Assembly: GCA_963798845.1 (NCBI GenBank)
Contig: CAWCUS010000001.1
Coordinates: forward strand, 672,001 to 736,000
Length of the DNA: 64,000 nt
Source: an uncultured Gemmatimonadales bacterium
GTDB lineage: Bacteria > Gemmatimonadota > Gemmatimonadetes > Longimicrobiales > RSA9
Direction of reading: 5' to 3'
Of the stretch, positions 9,646-18,073 are shown in pieces (the first letter of the stretch is position 1; every line of letters begins with the position of its first letter). The notes under the pieces were generated by a model that was given only the letters and a program-made list of their open reading frames with translations, was not told the origin of the DNA and ran no database searches. A program made the position numbers and the translations under genes.

Positions 9646-10842
9646 ATGGCATCGCGCACGCGGATCCTCCTGTTCACCGGCAAGGGCGGTGTGGGAAAGA
9701 CCACGTGCGCGGCGGCCACGGCCGTTCGCGCCGCGGAGCTGGGGCACCGGACGCTGGTGCTTTCGTCGGACCCGGCGCACTCGCTGGCGGACGCGCTGGA
9801 CCTGCCGCTCGGCCCGGAGCCCACGGAAGTGTTCCCGGGTCTGCACGCGCAGGAGCTCGACCTCTACTACTCCATGAACAAGCACTGGGGCAACATCCGG
9901 GAGCTGCTGCTGGTGATGTTCAAGTGGCAGGGCGTCGAGCGGGTGGCGGCCGAGGAGATGGCGGCGCTGCCCGGGATGAGCGAGGGGGCCGCGCTCCTCT
10001 GGATCGACCAGCTGCACGGCTCGGGCGACTATGACCTCATCGTCGTGGACAGCGCGCCGACGGGCGAGACGCTCACCCTCCTCACCCTGCCCCAGGTCAC
10101 GGAGTGGTGGGTGAAGCGGGCGCTCCCATTCCAGCGCTTCGCCGTGAAGACGGCCGGCTTCGCCATGCGAAAGGCGGCGGGGATCCCGCTGGACCGTGCG
10201 TACGCGGAGCTGGAGTCGCTGGTGACCCACCTGGAAGCGGTACGGGACCTCCTGACGGACCCCGACACATCGTCGATCCGGCTGGTGCTCAACCCGGAAC
10301 GGATGGTGATCCAGGAAGGGCGGCGCGCCTTCGCATACCTCCAGCTGTACGGCTACAACATCGACGCCGCGCTGGTGAATCGGATCCTGCCGGAGGAGGG
10401 AGTCGGCGACGCGCTCCAGGGCTACCTGGACGCCCAGCGCGGCTACCTGACCGAGATCCAGGAGGCGTTCGCGCCACTCCCGATCCTGCACGCCCCGCAC
10501 CGCGGCCGGGAGGTGTTCGGGGTGGACATGCTCCGCCGCCTGGGGACGGAGCTCTACGGTGACCGCGATCCGACGTACGTCTTCTACCGCGGCGAGCCGT
10601 ACCGTCTGGTGAGCGAGGACGGCGGCTACCGGCTCGACCTTCGGCTCCCCGAGAGCGCGGCCGGGCAGGTCACGGCCCGGCACGCGGGCGACGAAGTGGT
10701 CCTCCAGCTCGGAAACCAGCGCCGCAACTATTCGCTCCCCCGATTCCTCGCCTACTACACCCTGACCGGCACCCGCTTCGAGCAGGGATGGTTCCGCATC
10801 CGGTTCGAGCCCGTGGCGGGCCGCGCGAAGGAGGCAGAATGA
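9646..10842 (+). CDS. ArsA/GET3-family ATPase with C-terminal HSP20-like domain (Get3d-like)
   Basis: GKGGVGKTT, SSDPAHSL, DSAPTGE, LVLNPERMVIQE, C-terminal beta-rich YRLDLRLP...GNQRRNYSLP; single ATPase unit. Confidence 0.9.
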   Translation: MASRTRILLFTGKGGVGKTTCAAATAVRAAELGHRTLVLSSDPAHSLADALDLPLGPEPTEVFPGLHAQELDLYYSMNKHWGNIRELLLVMFKWQGVERVAAEEMAALPGMSEGAALLWIDQLHGSGDYDLIVVDSAPTGETLTLLTLPQVTEWWVKRALPFQRFAVKTAGFAMRKAAGIPLDRAYAELESLVTHLEAVRDLLTDPDTSSIRLVLNPERMVIQEGRRAFAYLQLYGYNIDAALVNRILPEEGVGDALQGYLDAQRGYLTEIQEAFAPLPILHAPHRGREVFGVDMLRRLGTELYGDRDPTYVFYRGEPYRLVSEDGGYRLDLRLPESAAGQVTARHAGDEVVLQLGNQRRNYSLPRFLAYYTLTGTRFEQGWFRIRFEPVAGRAKEAE

Positions 10843-12134
10843 CCGCGCCCACGACCACCGCCCAATCCCCAGGGACGACGCCGTCCGCCGCCGCAGCGCT
10901 GGACTCGCCGACGAGATCCCGTGCGGTGCGCCGTCCGGCCCAGGTCCCGCTGCCCCCGCCGTCGCGGCCCACGCGCATCCCGCGCGAGAACGACGACTAC
11001 GGCCCCAATGCCATCGCCCGGAGGCGTGCCTTCATCGAAGCGTCGAGCGGGGTGAGGCTCGAGCACGTCTCCGCCTGCTCCTTCGACCCGCGGCTGGCGG
11101 CGGGCAACTGCGAACACTTCACCGGCGTGGCCCAGGTGCCGCTCGGGTTCGCCGGACCGCTCCTGGTGCGCGGGGAGCACGCGGACGGCGAGTACCTGAT
11201 CCCGCTCGCCACGTCGGAAGGGACGCTCGTCGCCTCGTACAACCGCGGCATCCATACCCTCAACGCCGCCGGCGGCGTGCGGACCACGATCCTCGACGAC
11301 GGCATGCAGCGCGCGCCTGCGTTCGTCCTGGCCGACGCCCGGGAAGGGCGCGACTTCGCTGCCTGGGTGGCCGACAACATCCCCGGCATCCGCACGGCCG
11401 CGGAAGCCACCTCGCGGGTGGCCAGGCTGCTTCACGTGGAGCCGTTCCTGGCCAGCCGGTTCGTGTTTCTTCGATTCAGCTTCGAGACGGGCGACGCGGC
11501 GGGGCAGAACATGGTCACGCGGGCTACAGCGGCCGCGTGCCAGTGGATCGTCCAGCAGTGCGGCGGGGTGGAGCGCTTCTTCCTGGAATCGAACCTCGCC
11601 TCCGACAAGAAGACGTCGCACGTGAACATGCTGCGTGGACGGGGGAAGCGGGTGACGGCCGAGGCGGTGGTGCCGCGGACGGTGCTGGAGGAGCGGATGC
11701 GGGCGTCGCCCGACACGCTGGTCGCGCACTACCACGCCAGCTCGGTGGGCGCATTCCTGGCCGGTCCCAGCAACAACGGCCTTCACACGGCCAACGCGCT
11801 CGCGGCCATGTTCATCGCGACAGGCCAGGACGCAGCCAGCGTGGGCGAGTGCTCCGCGGGGATCATCCACGTGGAGCTCGCCGGTCCCGACCGCGAGGAC
11901 CTGTATGTGTCCATCACGCTCCCCTCCCTCATCGTGGCCACCCATGGGGGCGGGACGGGGCTGCCCACCCAGCGCGAGTGCCTGGAGGTCATGGGGTGCT
12001 ATGGCCGGGGGAAGGTTCGGATGCTGGCGGAGATCGTGGCCGCCGTGGTGCTGGCGGGCGAGCTGTCGCTGGCCTGCGCGATCGCCTCCAACGAGTGGGT
12101 GGAAGCCCACGAACGCATGGGGAGGAACCGATGA
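10839..12134 (+). CDS. hmgA: Hydroxymethylglutaryl-CoA reductase, class I (archaeal/eukaryotic type)
   Basis: PLATSEGTLVASYNRG, TGDAAGQNM, SNLASDKK, GRGKRVTAE, ATGQDAA, GGGTGLPTQ, LAGELSL, C-terminal catalytic His; ATGA overlap with the upstream gene. Confidence 0.92.
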   Translation: MTAPTTTAQSPGTTPSAAAALDSPTRSRAVRRPAQVPLPPPSRPTRIPRENDDYGPNAIARRRAFIEASSGVRLEHVSACSFDPRLAAGNCEHFTGVAQVPLGFAGPLLVRGEHADGEYLIPLATSEGTLVASYNRGIHTLNAAGGVRTTILDDGMQRAPAFVLADAREGRDFAAWVADNIPGIRTAAEATSRVARLLHVEPFLASRFVFLRFSFETGDAAGQNMVTRATAAACQWIVQQCGGVERFFLESNLASDKKTSHVNMLRGRGKRVTAEAVVPRTVLEERMRASPDTLVAHYHASSVGAFLAGPSNNGLHTANALAAMFIATGQDAASVGECSAGIIHVELAGPDREDLYVSITLPSLIVATHGGGTGLPTQRECLEVMGCYGRGKVRMLAEIVAAVVLAGELSLACAIASNEWVEAHERMGRNR

Positions 12135-13501
12135 CGTGGACCTCGCCGCCGCCGGGCGGCCGCCGGTTCTCCGGCGCGGACAGCTCCTGGTGGCACATGG
12201 AGGAGCCCACCAATCAGATGGCCATCACCGTGGTCCTGACGTTCGATGGCCCGATCGACGAGGACCGTCTCCACGCCGTGCTCCGCGATCGGCTCCTGCG
12301 CCACGACCGCTTCCGGCAAATGGTGGTGGAGTCTCCGCTCGGGTTCGGCCGCCCTCAATGGGTGGAGGACCCGGGGTTCTCCCTGGAGCGGCACCTGAGC
12401 CGGATCCGCCTGCACGACGGCGGCGGGAAGGCGGAGCTCCAGCGGGTCGCAGGGCTGGAGATGAGCCGCCCTCTCCACCCGGACCGCCCCCTGTGGCGCA
12501 TGGTCTACGTCGACGGCTTCGAAGGCGGCTCCGCCCTCGTGATCCGCATCCACCACTGCATCGCCGATGGCCTCGCCCTCGTACGGGTCCTCATGACCCT
12601 CGGCGATCCTACGGACGGTGCGTGCGGCGAGCGGGCGAGCCCGGCCGTCCTCGACCCCGCCACGTACGCCTCGCCTTCGGTCACGATGACGGCGGGAGAG
12701 GCGGCGGAGCGCGACTTCGTCCGAGCCCTGGCGCTGGGCACCCGCGCTGCGGGGTCGCTCGGCCGCCTCGTGGGGCTGCGCCCGGACCCGCGGACCGCGC
12801 TGCGCGGGCCGCTGTGCCGGGAGAAGCGCGCGGCGTGGTCGCGTCCAATGTCGCTGCGGCGGCTCCGGGCCGCCTCTCGCGCCGCCGGCGCCACGCTCAA
12901 CGACGTGGTGGTCGCCGCCGTGGCGGGCGGACTGGGGCGCTTCCTGGCGGAGAAGGGAGAGCAGCTCACGCGTGAAGTCCGCGCGGTGGTCCCCGTGAAC
13001 CTGCGCCGCAACGGCGACGAAGAAGCGCTGGGCAACCGCTTCGGGCTGATCTTCGCTCCGTTGCCGCTGGGCATCCCGAATCCTCTCGAGCGTCTCGGCG
13101 CGGTGCACGCTACCCTGAGCCGGCTCAAGCGCTCGCCCCAGCCGATGGTGATCTACGGCCTGCTGGAGCTCCTCGGCCGTACGCCGCGCGCCGCCCTCGA
13201 CCTGGCCGTCTGGCTCCTCGGCAGCAAGGGCTCGCTGGTTCTCACGAACGTGCCGGGTCCCCGTCGCAGGATTCGCATCTGCGACCGTGAGCTCCTGTCT
13301 GTCGTCGGCTGGGTTCCCCAGTCCGGCCGATTGGGGCTCGGTGTCAGCATCCTCAGCTACGCGGACGAGATCCGGCTGGGCGTCGCCACGGATGCCGCGA
13401 TCCTCCCGTGCCCGGACCACCTGGTGGGCGCCATCCAGGATGCTGCCGACCAGATCCTCGACACCGTTCGCCCGCCCCGGGTGGCGGAGGTGGTGGCATG
13501 A
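12131..13501 (+). CDS. Wax ester synthase/diacylglycerol acyltransferase (WS/DGAT)
   Basis: HHCIADG catalytic motif, PLHPDRPLW, TLNDVV, VPVNLR, TNVPGP, SILSY; ATGA overlap. Confidence 0.93.
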   Translation: MTWTSPPPGGRRFSGADSSWWHMEEPTNQMAITVVLTFDGPIDEDRLHAVLRDRLLRHDRFRQMVVESPLGFGRPQWVEDPGFSLERHLSRIRLHDGGGKAELQRVAGLEMSRPLHPDRPLWRMVYVDGFEGGSALVIRIHHCIADGLALVRVLMTLGDPTDGACGERASPAVLDPATYASPSVTMTAGEAAERDFVRALALGTRAAGSLGRLVGLRPDPRTALRGPLCREKRAAWSRPMSLRRLRAASRAAGATLNDVVVAAVAGGLGRFLAEKGEQLTREVRAVVPVNLRRNGDEEALGNRFGLIFAPLPLGIPNPLERLGAVHATLSRLKRSPQPMVIYGLLELLGRTPRAALDLAVWLLGSKGSLVLTNVPGPRRRIRICDRELLSVVGWVPQSGRLGLGVSILSYADEIRLGVATDAAILPCPDHLVGAIQDAADQILDTVRPPRVAEVVA

Positions 13502-15402
13502 GCACCGCAGCTCGGGATCCGGACGCCCGTCCGCTCGCCCTGGTCCGCGGCGAAACGGGCAGCGACGCGCCCCCGGCACCCCCCGCGCCTCCGGCGGAGG
13601 AAGCGGCGCTGGAGGGGGCGCCAGCGGAGTCGGCGCTGGCCGGGCTCGTCCCGCGCACCGCGCCGCACCTCCACGCCACCTATCGGAGCGTCATCGGTCG
13701 CTTCTTCGGCGTGCACCGGCACGTCCTGGGTCTGCTGGTGGGGGCGAGGGTCGCGAGGGCGGACGGGCTGCCGCCGGACCAGCGCCGCCGCTTCCGGTCG
13801 CTTCCACTGCGCGCGTCCGCCGCGGTGCTGCGCCCGCTCCTGCTCCGAGAGCTGCGCCACGCTCCCTTCCCGGAGCAGCTGCGCCGTCGCCTGGAGCTGC
13901 TCGGTCCCACGTACGTGAAGCTCGGCCAGATCATGGCCATCCGTGAGGACCTGCTCCCCGCCCCCGTCTGCCGGGCGCTCCAGGTGCTCTTCGACCACGT
14001 GCCGCCGGTGCCGTTCGAGACCGTGCGCCTGACCCTCGAGCGGGAGCTGGGCCGCCCGATACACCAGGCGTTCCGCTGGGTAGACGAGGAACCGCTCGGC
14101 TCGGCGTCCATCGCGCAGGTGCACCAGGCCGAGACCGTCACCGGCGACGCCGTGGTCGTGAAGGTCATGAAGCCCGGAATCCGCCGCTCGATCGAGACCG
14201 ACCTGCGCCTGCTCCGCTGGCTCGGCGCGCTTCTCCAGCACGTGCTGCCGCGCTACCAGCCGCGCCGGATCATCGACGAGTTCGGCACCTACACGCTTCG
14301 AGAGCTCGACTTCACCGCCGAGGCGGACAACGCCGAGACGTTCGCCGCCAACTTCCACGACACCCCGGAAGTGTGCTTCCCGCGCATCTACCGCGAGCTC
14401 ACCACGCCCTCGCTCCTCACCATGGAGCTGCTGCGGGGGTTCAAGCCATCCGATCCCCGGGCACGCGCCCTCTCCGCCGACGACCGCGAGCGCCTCACCG
14501 ACCTCGGCGCCGGCGCCATCATCCGCATGCTGTACCGCGACGGCTTCTTCCACGCCGATCTCCATCCGGCCAACCTCCTCATCCTCGGCCGTGAGACGGT
14601 TCGCGCCGCGGGGGCTGGAGTCGGCGGGGGGGGCGCGTGGGGCGCCGCGGGCAGCGCGGCGGCAGCCTCGAAGGCCGCCCATGCAGCCGACCACAGCGAT
14701 CGCGACACGCTCCGTGTGGGCTTCGTGGACCTCGGGATGGTGGGACGCTTCGAGGACCGGATGCGCCGTCGCATGCTCTACTACTACCACGCGCTGGTCA
14801 CCCGCGACGTGGAAGGGGCGGCCAAGTTCCTCGGCCAGATGGCCGAGCTCGGCCGTGGCGCCGACCCCGTCGCCTTCCGGCGCGCCGTCGTGGACCTCTC
14901 GCGTCGCTTCGTCACCCGCGCCGAGCGCGGCGAGTTCAGCATCGCCCAGCTCATCCTCGAGTCCATCGGCCTCGGCGCCCGCTACCGCGTCTACTTCCCC
15001 GTGGAGATGACGCTCATGGTCAAGGCGCTGGTCACGTTCGAGGGCGTCGGTCGCATGCTCGACCCCCACCTCGACGTCACGGCGATCTCACGCCGTCACG
15101 TCAGCCGCATCCTCCAGCGACAGTTCACGCTCGAGCGGGTCAGCCGCGAGGTGCTGCGCGAAGCCCCCGAGCTGATCGAGCTCGCCGTCGGTCTCCCCCA
15201 GCTGCTGGTCAGCGGCAGCCGCTTCCTCGAGGAGAGCTTCGACCGACGCCCTCCCCGCGACCCCGCCACGGGCCTCCGCTCCGCGGTGCTCGCCGGCGCA
15301 TGCCTCATCGGCGGCGTTCTCACCCTCACCGCGGCCGGACCGCCCGCGCTCTGGATCCCCCTCTTCGGCCTCGCCGCCGTCATGGCGGTGTGGCGGGGCT
15401 AG
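13498..15402 (+). CDS. ABC1/UbiB/AarF family atypical kinase
   Basis: LGPTYVKLGQ (KxGQ), SASIAQVH, VVKV, ELDF..EA, FFHADLHPAN, FVDLGMVG, two C-terminal TM helices; ATGA overlap. Confidence 0.93.
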   Translation: MSTAARDPDARPLALVRGETGSDAPPAPPAPPAEEAALEGAPAESALAGLVPRTAPHLHATYRSVIGRFFGVHRHVLGLLVGARVARADGLPPDQRRRFRSLPLRASAAVLRPLLLRELRHAPFPEQLRRRLELLGPTYVKLGQIMAIREDLLPAPVCRALQVLFDHVPPVPFETVRLTLERELGRPIHQAFRWVDEEPLGSASIAQVHQAETVTGDAVVVKVMKPGIRRSIETDLRLLRWLGALLQHVLPRYQPRRIIDEFGTYTLRELDFTAEADNAETFAANFHDTPEVCFPRIYRELTTPSLLTMELLRGFKPSDPRARALSADDRERLTDLGAGAIIRMLYRDGFFHADLHPANLLILGRETVRAAGAGVGGGGAWGAAGSAAAASKAAHAADHSDRDTLRVGFVDLGMVGRFEDRMRRRMLYYYHALVTRDVEGAAKFLGQMAELGRGADPVAFRRAVVDLSRRFVTRAERGEFSIAQLILESIGLGARYRVYFPVEMTLMVKALVTFEGVGRMLDPHLDVTAISRRHVSRILQRQFTLERVSREVLREAPELIELAVGLPQLLVSGSRFLEESFDRRPPRDPATGLRSAVLAGACLIGGVLTLTAAGPPALWIPLFGLAAVMAVWRG

Positions 15403-15487
15403 CGACGCCCTTGCCCTGGTTGCCGGACGCGACGGGACGGCCGACACTACGGGTAGACGCCTGCACCCTACCACCCCGACACCCGCG

Positions 15488-16039
15488 ATGATGAGTGAAA
15501 TCGAGAACGACGCCTCGACCCCGCCCACGACGCCCGCCGGGCCGCCGGCGCCGCCTCCGCCCCTGGACCTTCGCGTGGCGGAGGTGACGGAAGCGGACGA
15601 GCATCCGAACGCGGACCGGCTGCTGATCCTCCGGGTCGACCTGGGAGACGAGCGCCGCCAGCTGGTAGCGGGGCTGGCGGGGATCTACGACCCGGCGGAG
15701 CTGGTGGGGAAGCGGATCGTCGTCGTGGCGAACCTGAAGCCGGCACGTCTGCGCGGGGAGGCGAGCCAGGGAATGCTGCTCGCCGCCCACGGCGACGGGA
15801 AGGTCGGCGTGCTCCTCGCTCCGGACGCGGTGCCGGGCACGCCGCTCGAGACCGGGGCCCGCGCGGACACCGGAACCTCGCAAGCAGCCCCGCCCGCCGA
15901 AACGCCGCCGCAGATCACGATCGACGACTTCGGCCGCCACACGATCATCGCCTCGGCCGAAGGTGTGAGCCTGGACGGAACGCGGGTCGAGCGGCCCCGG
16001 CTGGTGGTCGACCGAGAAGCCTGGGGTCCGGTGAAGTAG
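15488..16039 (+). CDS. Stand-alone tRNA-binding OB-fold protein (Trbp111/CsaA/MetRS C-terminal-like)
   Basis: LDLRVAEV..HPNADRLL..VDLG..RQLVAGL...NLKPARLRGEASQGMLLAA. Confidence 0.88.
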   Translation: MMSEIENDASTPPTTPAGPPAPPPPLDLRVAEVTEADEHPNADRLLILRVDLGDERRQLVAGLAGIYDPAELVGKRIVVVANLKPARLRGEASQGMLLAAHGDGKVGVLLAPDAVPGTPLETGARADTGTSQAAPPAETPPQITIDDFGRHTIIASAEGVSLDGTRVERPRLVVDREAWGPVK

Positions 16040-16170
16040 GTGGGCGGGAAGGGGGCTGGCGTACCCCCCGGGCGAGCCCACCGCGCGACCCTTGCCGGCG
16101 GCGCCGTTCGTCGCCATTGAAGAGGAGCGGCGTACACACGCACGACGGGCGGCGCGCCCGGGAGGTCGGC

Positions 16171-16485
16171 ATGGCAGCAGCGACAATGGACCGGATGATC
16201 GCCTTCTGCGGGTCGGACTGCGACGCCTGCCCGATCTATCTGGCCACGCCCGATACGGGGGACACCGGCTCGGTCGCGCGGGCGATCACGGACTGCGACG
16301 GCTGCCGCGCGGGCGCTCGTCTGTTCGCGGAGTGCGAGGAGTGCGAGATCCGGAAGTGCGCCCTGGCACGGGGGCTCGAAGGCTGCGCCCGCTGCGACGA
16401 CTTCCCGTGCGACGTCCTCCGCCCCCACCTCGCCTACGATCCCTGCGCGAGAACGCAGCTGGAGTCGCTGCGCGCGCGGTCGTAG
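16171..16485 (+). CDS. Cys-rich DUF3795-like protein
   Basis: IAFCGSDCDACP...CDGC...CEIRKCA...CARCDDFPC; GGAGG RBS. Confidence 0.8.
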   Translation: MAAATMDRMIAFCGSDCDACPIYLATPDTGDTGSVARAITDCDGCRAGARLFAECEECEIRKCALARGLEGCARCDDFPCDVLRPHLAYDPCARTQLESLRARS

Positions 16486-16498
16486 GCCAGGCGGCGGA

Positions 16499-16897
16499 TC
16501 AGGGGCCGAAGAGCGCGACCAGGGCGAAGCAGGCGGCGAGGACCAGCGTCGCCGGCGACATGACGAGCCGCTCGACCCGCGATTTCGACGCCAGGTTCCC
16601 GAAGAAGTTGACAGCGAAGAACGCCGCCGACACCCACGTGGCCGCGTGCACCGAGGCCGGCTCCGGTCCGGGCGGCGCCAGCCCCGCGCGCGCCAGCACC
16701 ACCCACCCCGCCACGGCGAGGATGAGCGCGGCCAGTGCGCTGCCGAGCCGGAGCCGGGGCGGTAGCACCGGGTAGGCGCCTCCCCACGCGGCTCGCCCGA
16801 GCGGCAACCCTGCGGCGAGCAGGAGCTGGAGGACGGCCACGGCGGCGAGCACCGACGCGGCCACGAGGGCGGCGATCCGGGAGAGCGTCATCGGCAT
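16499..16897 (-). CDS. Small 4-TM membrane protein
   Basis: Four hydrophobic segments; GLPLGRAAWGG and NLASKSRVER motifs. Confidence 0.72.
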   Translation of the reverse strand: MPMTLSRIAALVAASVLAAVAVLQLLLAAGLPLGRAAWGGAYPVLPPRLRLGSALAALILAVAGWVVLARAGLAPPGPEPASVHAATWVSAAFFAVNFFGNLASKSRVERLVMSPATLVLAACFALVALFGP

Positions 16898-17276
16898 CTG
16901 GGTTCCGGCCGGAACATAGGCTGCTCGCGGCTCCGCTGCACCCGGGCGAGCGGACGCCGCTGACCGGAGTGTACCAGGAGCGCCGACACCAAGCCGCTCC
17001 ATTCGCCGGCCCGGCCGATTCGCTTGCCTTCGCCGGCTCCCCGGGGCATTTTGTGATGGACGTGGCGGCTCTCGCCCTGCCGAACCCCCTCTGCGATTCG
17101 CCGTTCGCGTAACGGGTGCCCCCACCCGGACACAGTGACCTCCCAACACAGCACGGACCCGACGTCGGGACGGGCCACCGCGCGCGCCGCCTGACCATGG
17201 CGTCGGGCGTCGCCGTTGGTGCGATGGCGGGTCGGTCGTGAGGAACGGGCCCAGGTCCAGGCTGAATCCTGAGGGG

Positions 17277-17924
17277 ATGAGCATGAAGGATGGCACCGGC
17301 CGACGGAGGTACCCCGGGGTCCCGGGACGGCGCCCCCGCGCGCTCCCCATCGCCCACGCGCTGGCGTCACAGGCGGTCGGCACCGAGCGGCTGAGGGTCC
17401 GCGTCCCGTGGAGCGTTCCCGAGCTCGTCCGGTCGACGCTGGCCCTCGCCTGGCACGGTGGCGCCCCGCGCCCCGCCGCCATCGTCAGTCTCCTCTTGGT
17501 GGTATGCGCTGCGGCGGTCGCAGCGATGGTCCAGTGGGCGCGCGGAGGCTGGGACGCGGTGGATGCGCTGGCACTCGCCGTCATCGTGGTGCCGCCGCTC
17601 CTGGTGGTCTTCCTCGGCATGCCCGCGTCCGCGTTCTGGCACACGTGGCCCGTCCTGCGCCACGCCTCGGTCGCCGGCCACTGGGAAGTTCGCCTCGGCG
17701 ACGGCGGATTCGCCCTCCTCGCCGCCGCCAGCGCCGCCGGGACACCCTGGCAGCGAGTGGAGCGCGTGGTGGAGACGGATGGGTTCTTCCTCTTCTTCGT
17801 GGATCGCGCCGCGCTGGCGCTCCCCCGTCCCGCGCTCACGCCGGGGGATACGCGCGTCCTCCGGGCGTTGCTGTGGGCGAAGCTCGGCGAACGGTTCATC
17901 CTTCGACACGGCCAGGCGGCCTGA
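17277..17924 (+). CDS. YcxB-like membrane protein
   Basis: Two TM helices then PWQRVERVVETDGFFLFFV...LPRPAL; start uncertain. Confidence 0.6.
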   Translation: MSMKDGTGRRRYPGVPGRRPRALPIAHALASQAVGTERLRVRVPWSVPELVRSTLALAWHGGAPRPAAIVSLLLVVCAAAVAAMVQWARGGWDAVDALALAVIVVPPLLVVFLGMPASAFWHTWPVLRHASVAGHWEVRLGDGGFALLAAASAAGTPWQRVERVVETDGFFLFFVDRAALALPRPALTPGDTRVLRALLWAKLGERFILRHGQAA

Positions 17925-18073
17925 GGATCCTGGACGACACGCCGGCGGTGGATCCGGCCCGGCACGTTCCTTCCTCCCGGGGCCCGACCGTTCGGCAGGG
18001 CACCCCGGGCAGCGCCGGCAGGCAGCACGAGCGCGCCTTAGATTCGGCAGCGGACCCGATTCACGGAGCGGTG

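Noticed and set aside
9646..10842. Arsenic resistance ATPase arsA
   Set aside because: Single domain, no metalloid-binding Cys set, no ars operon genes
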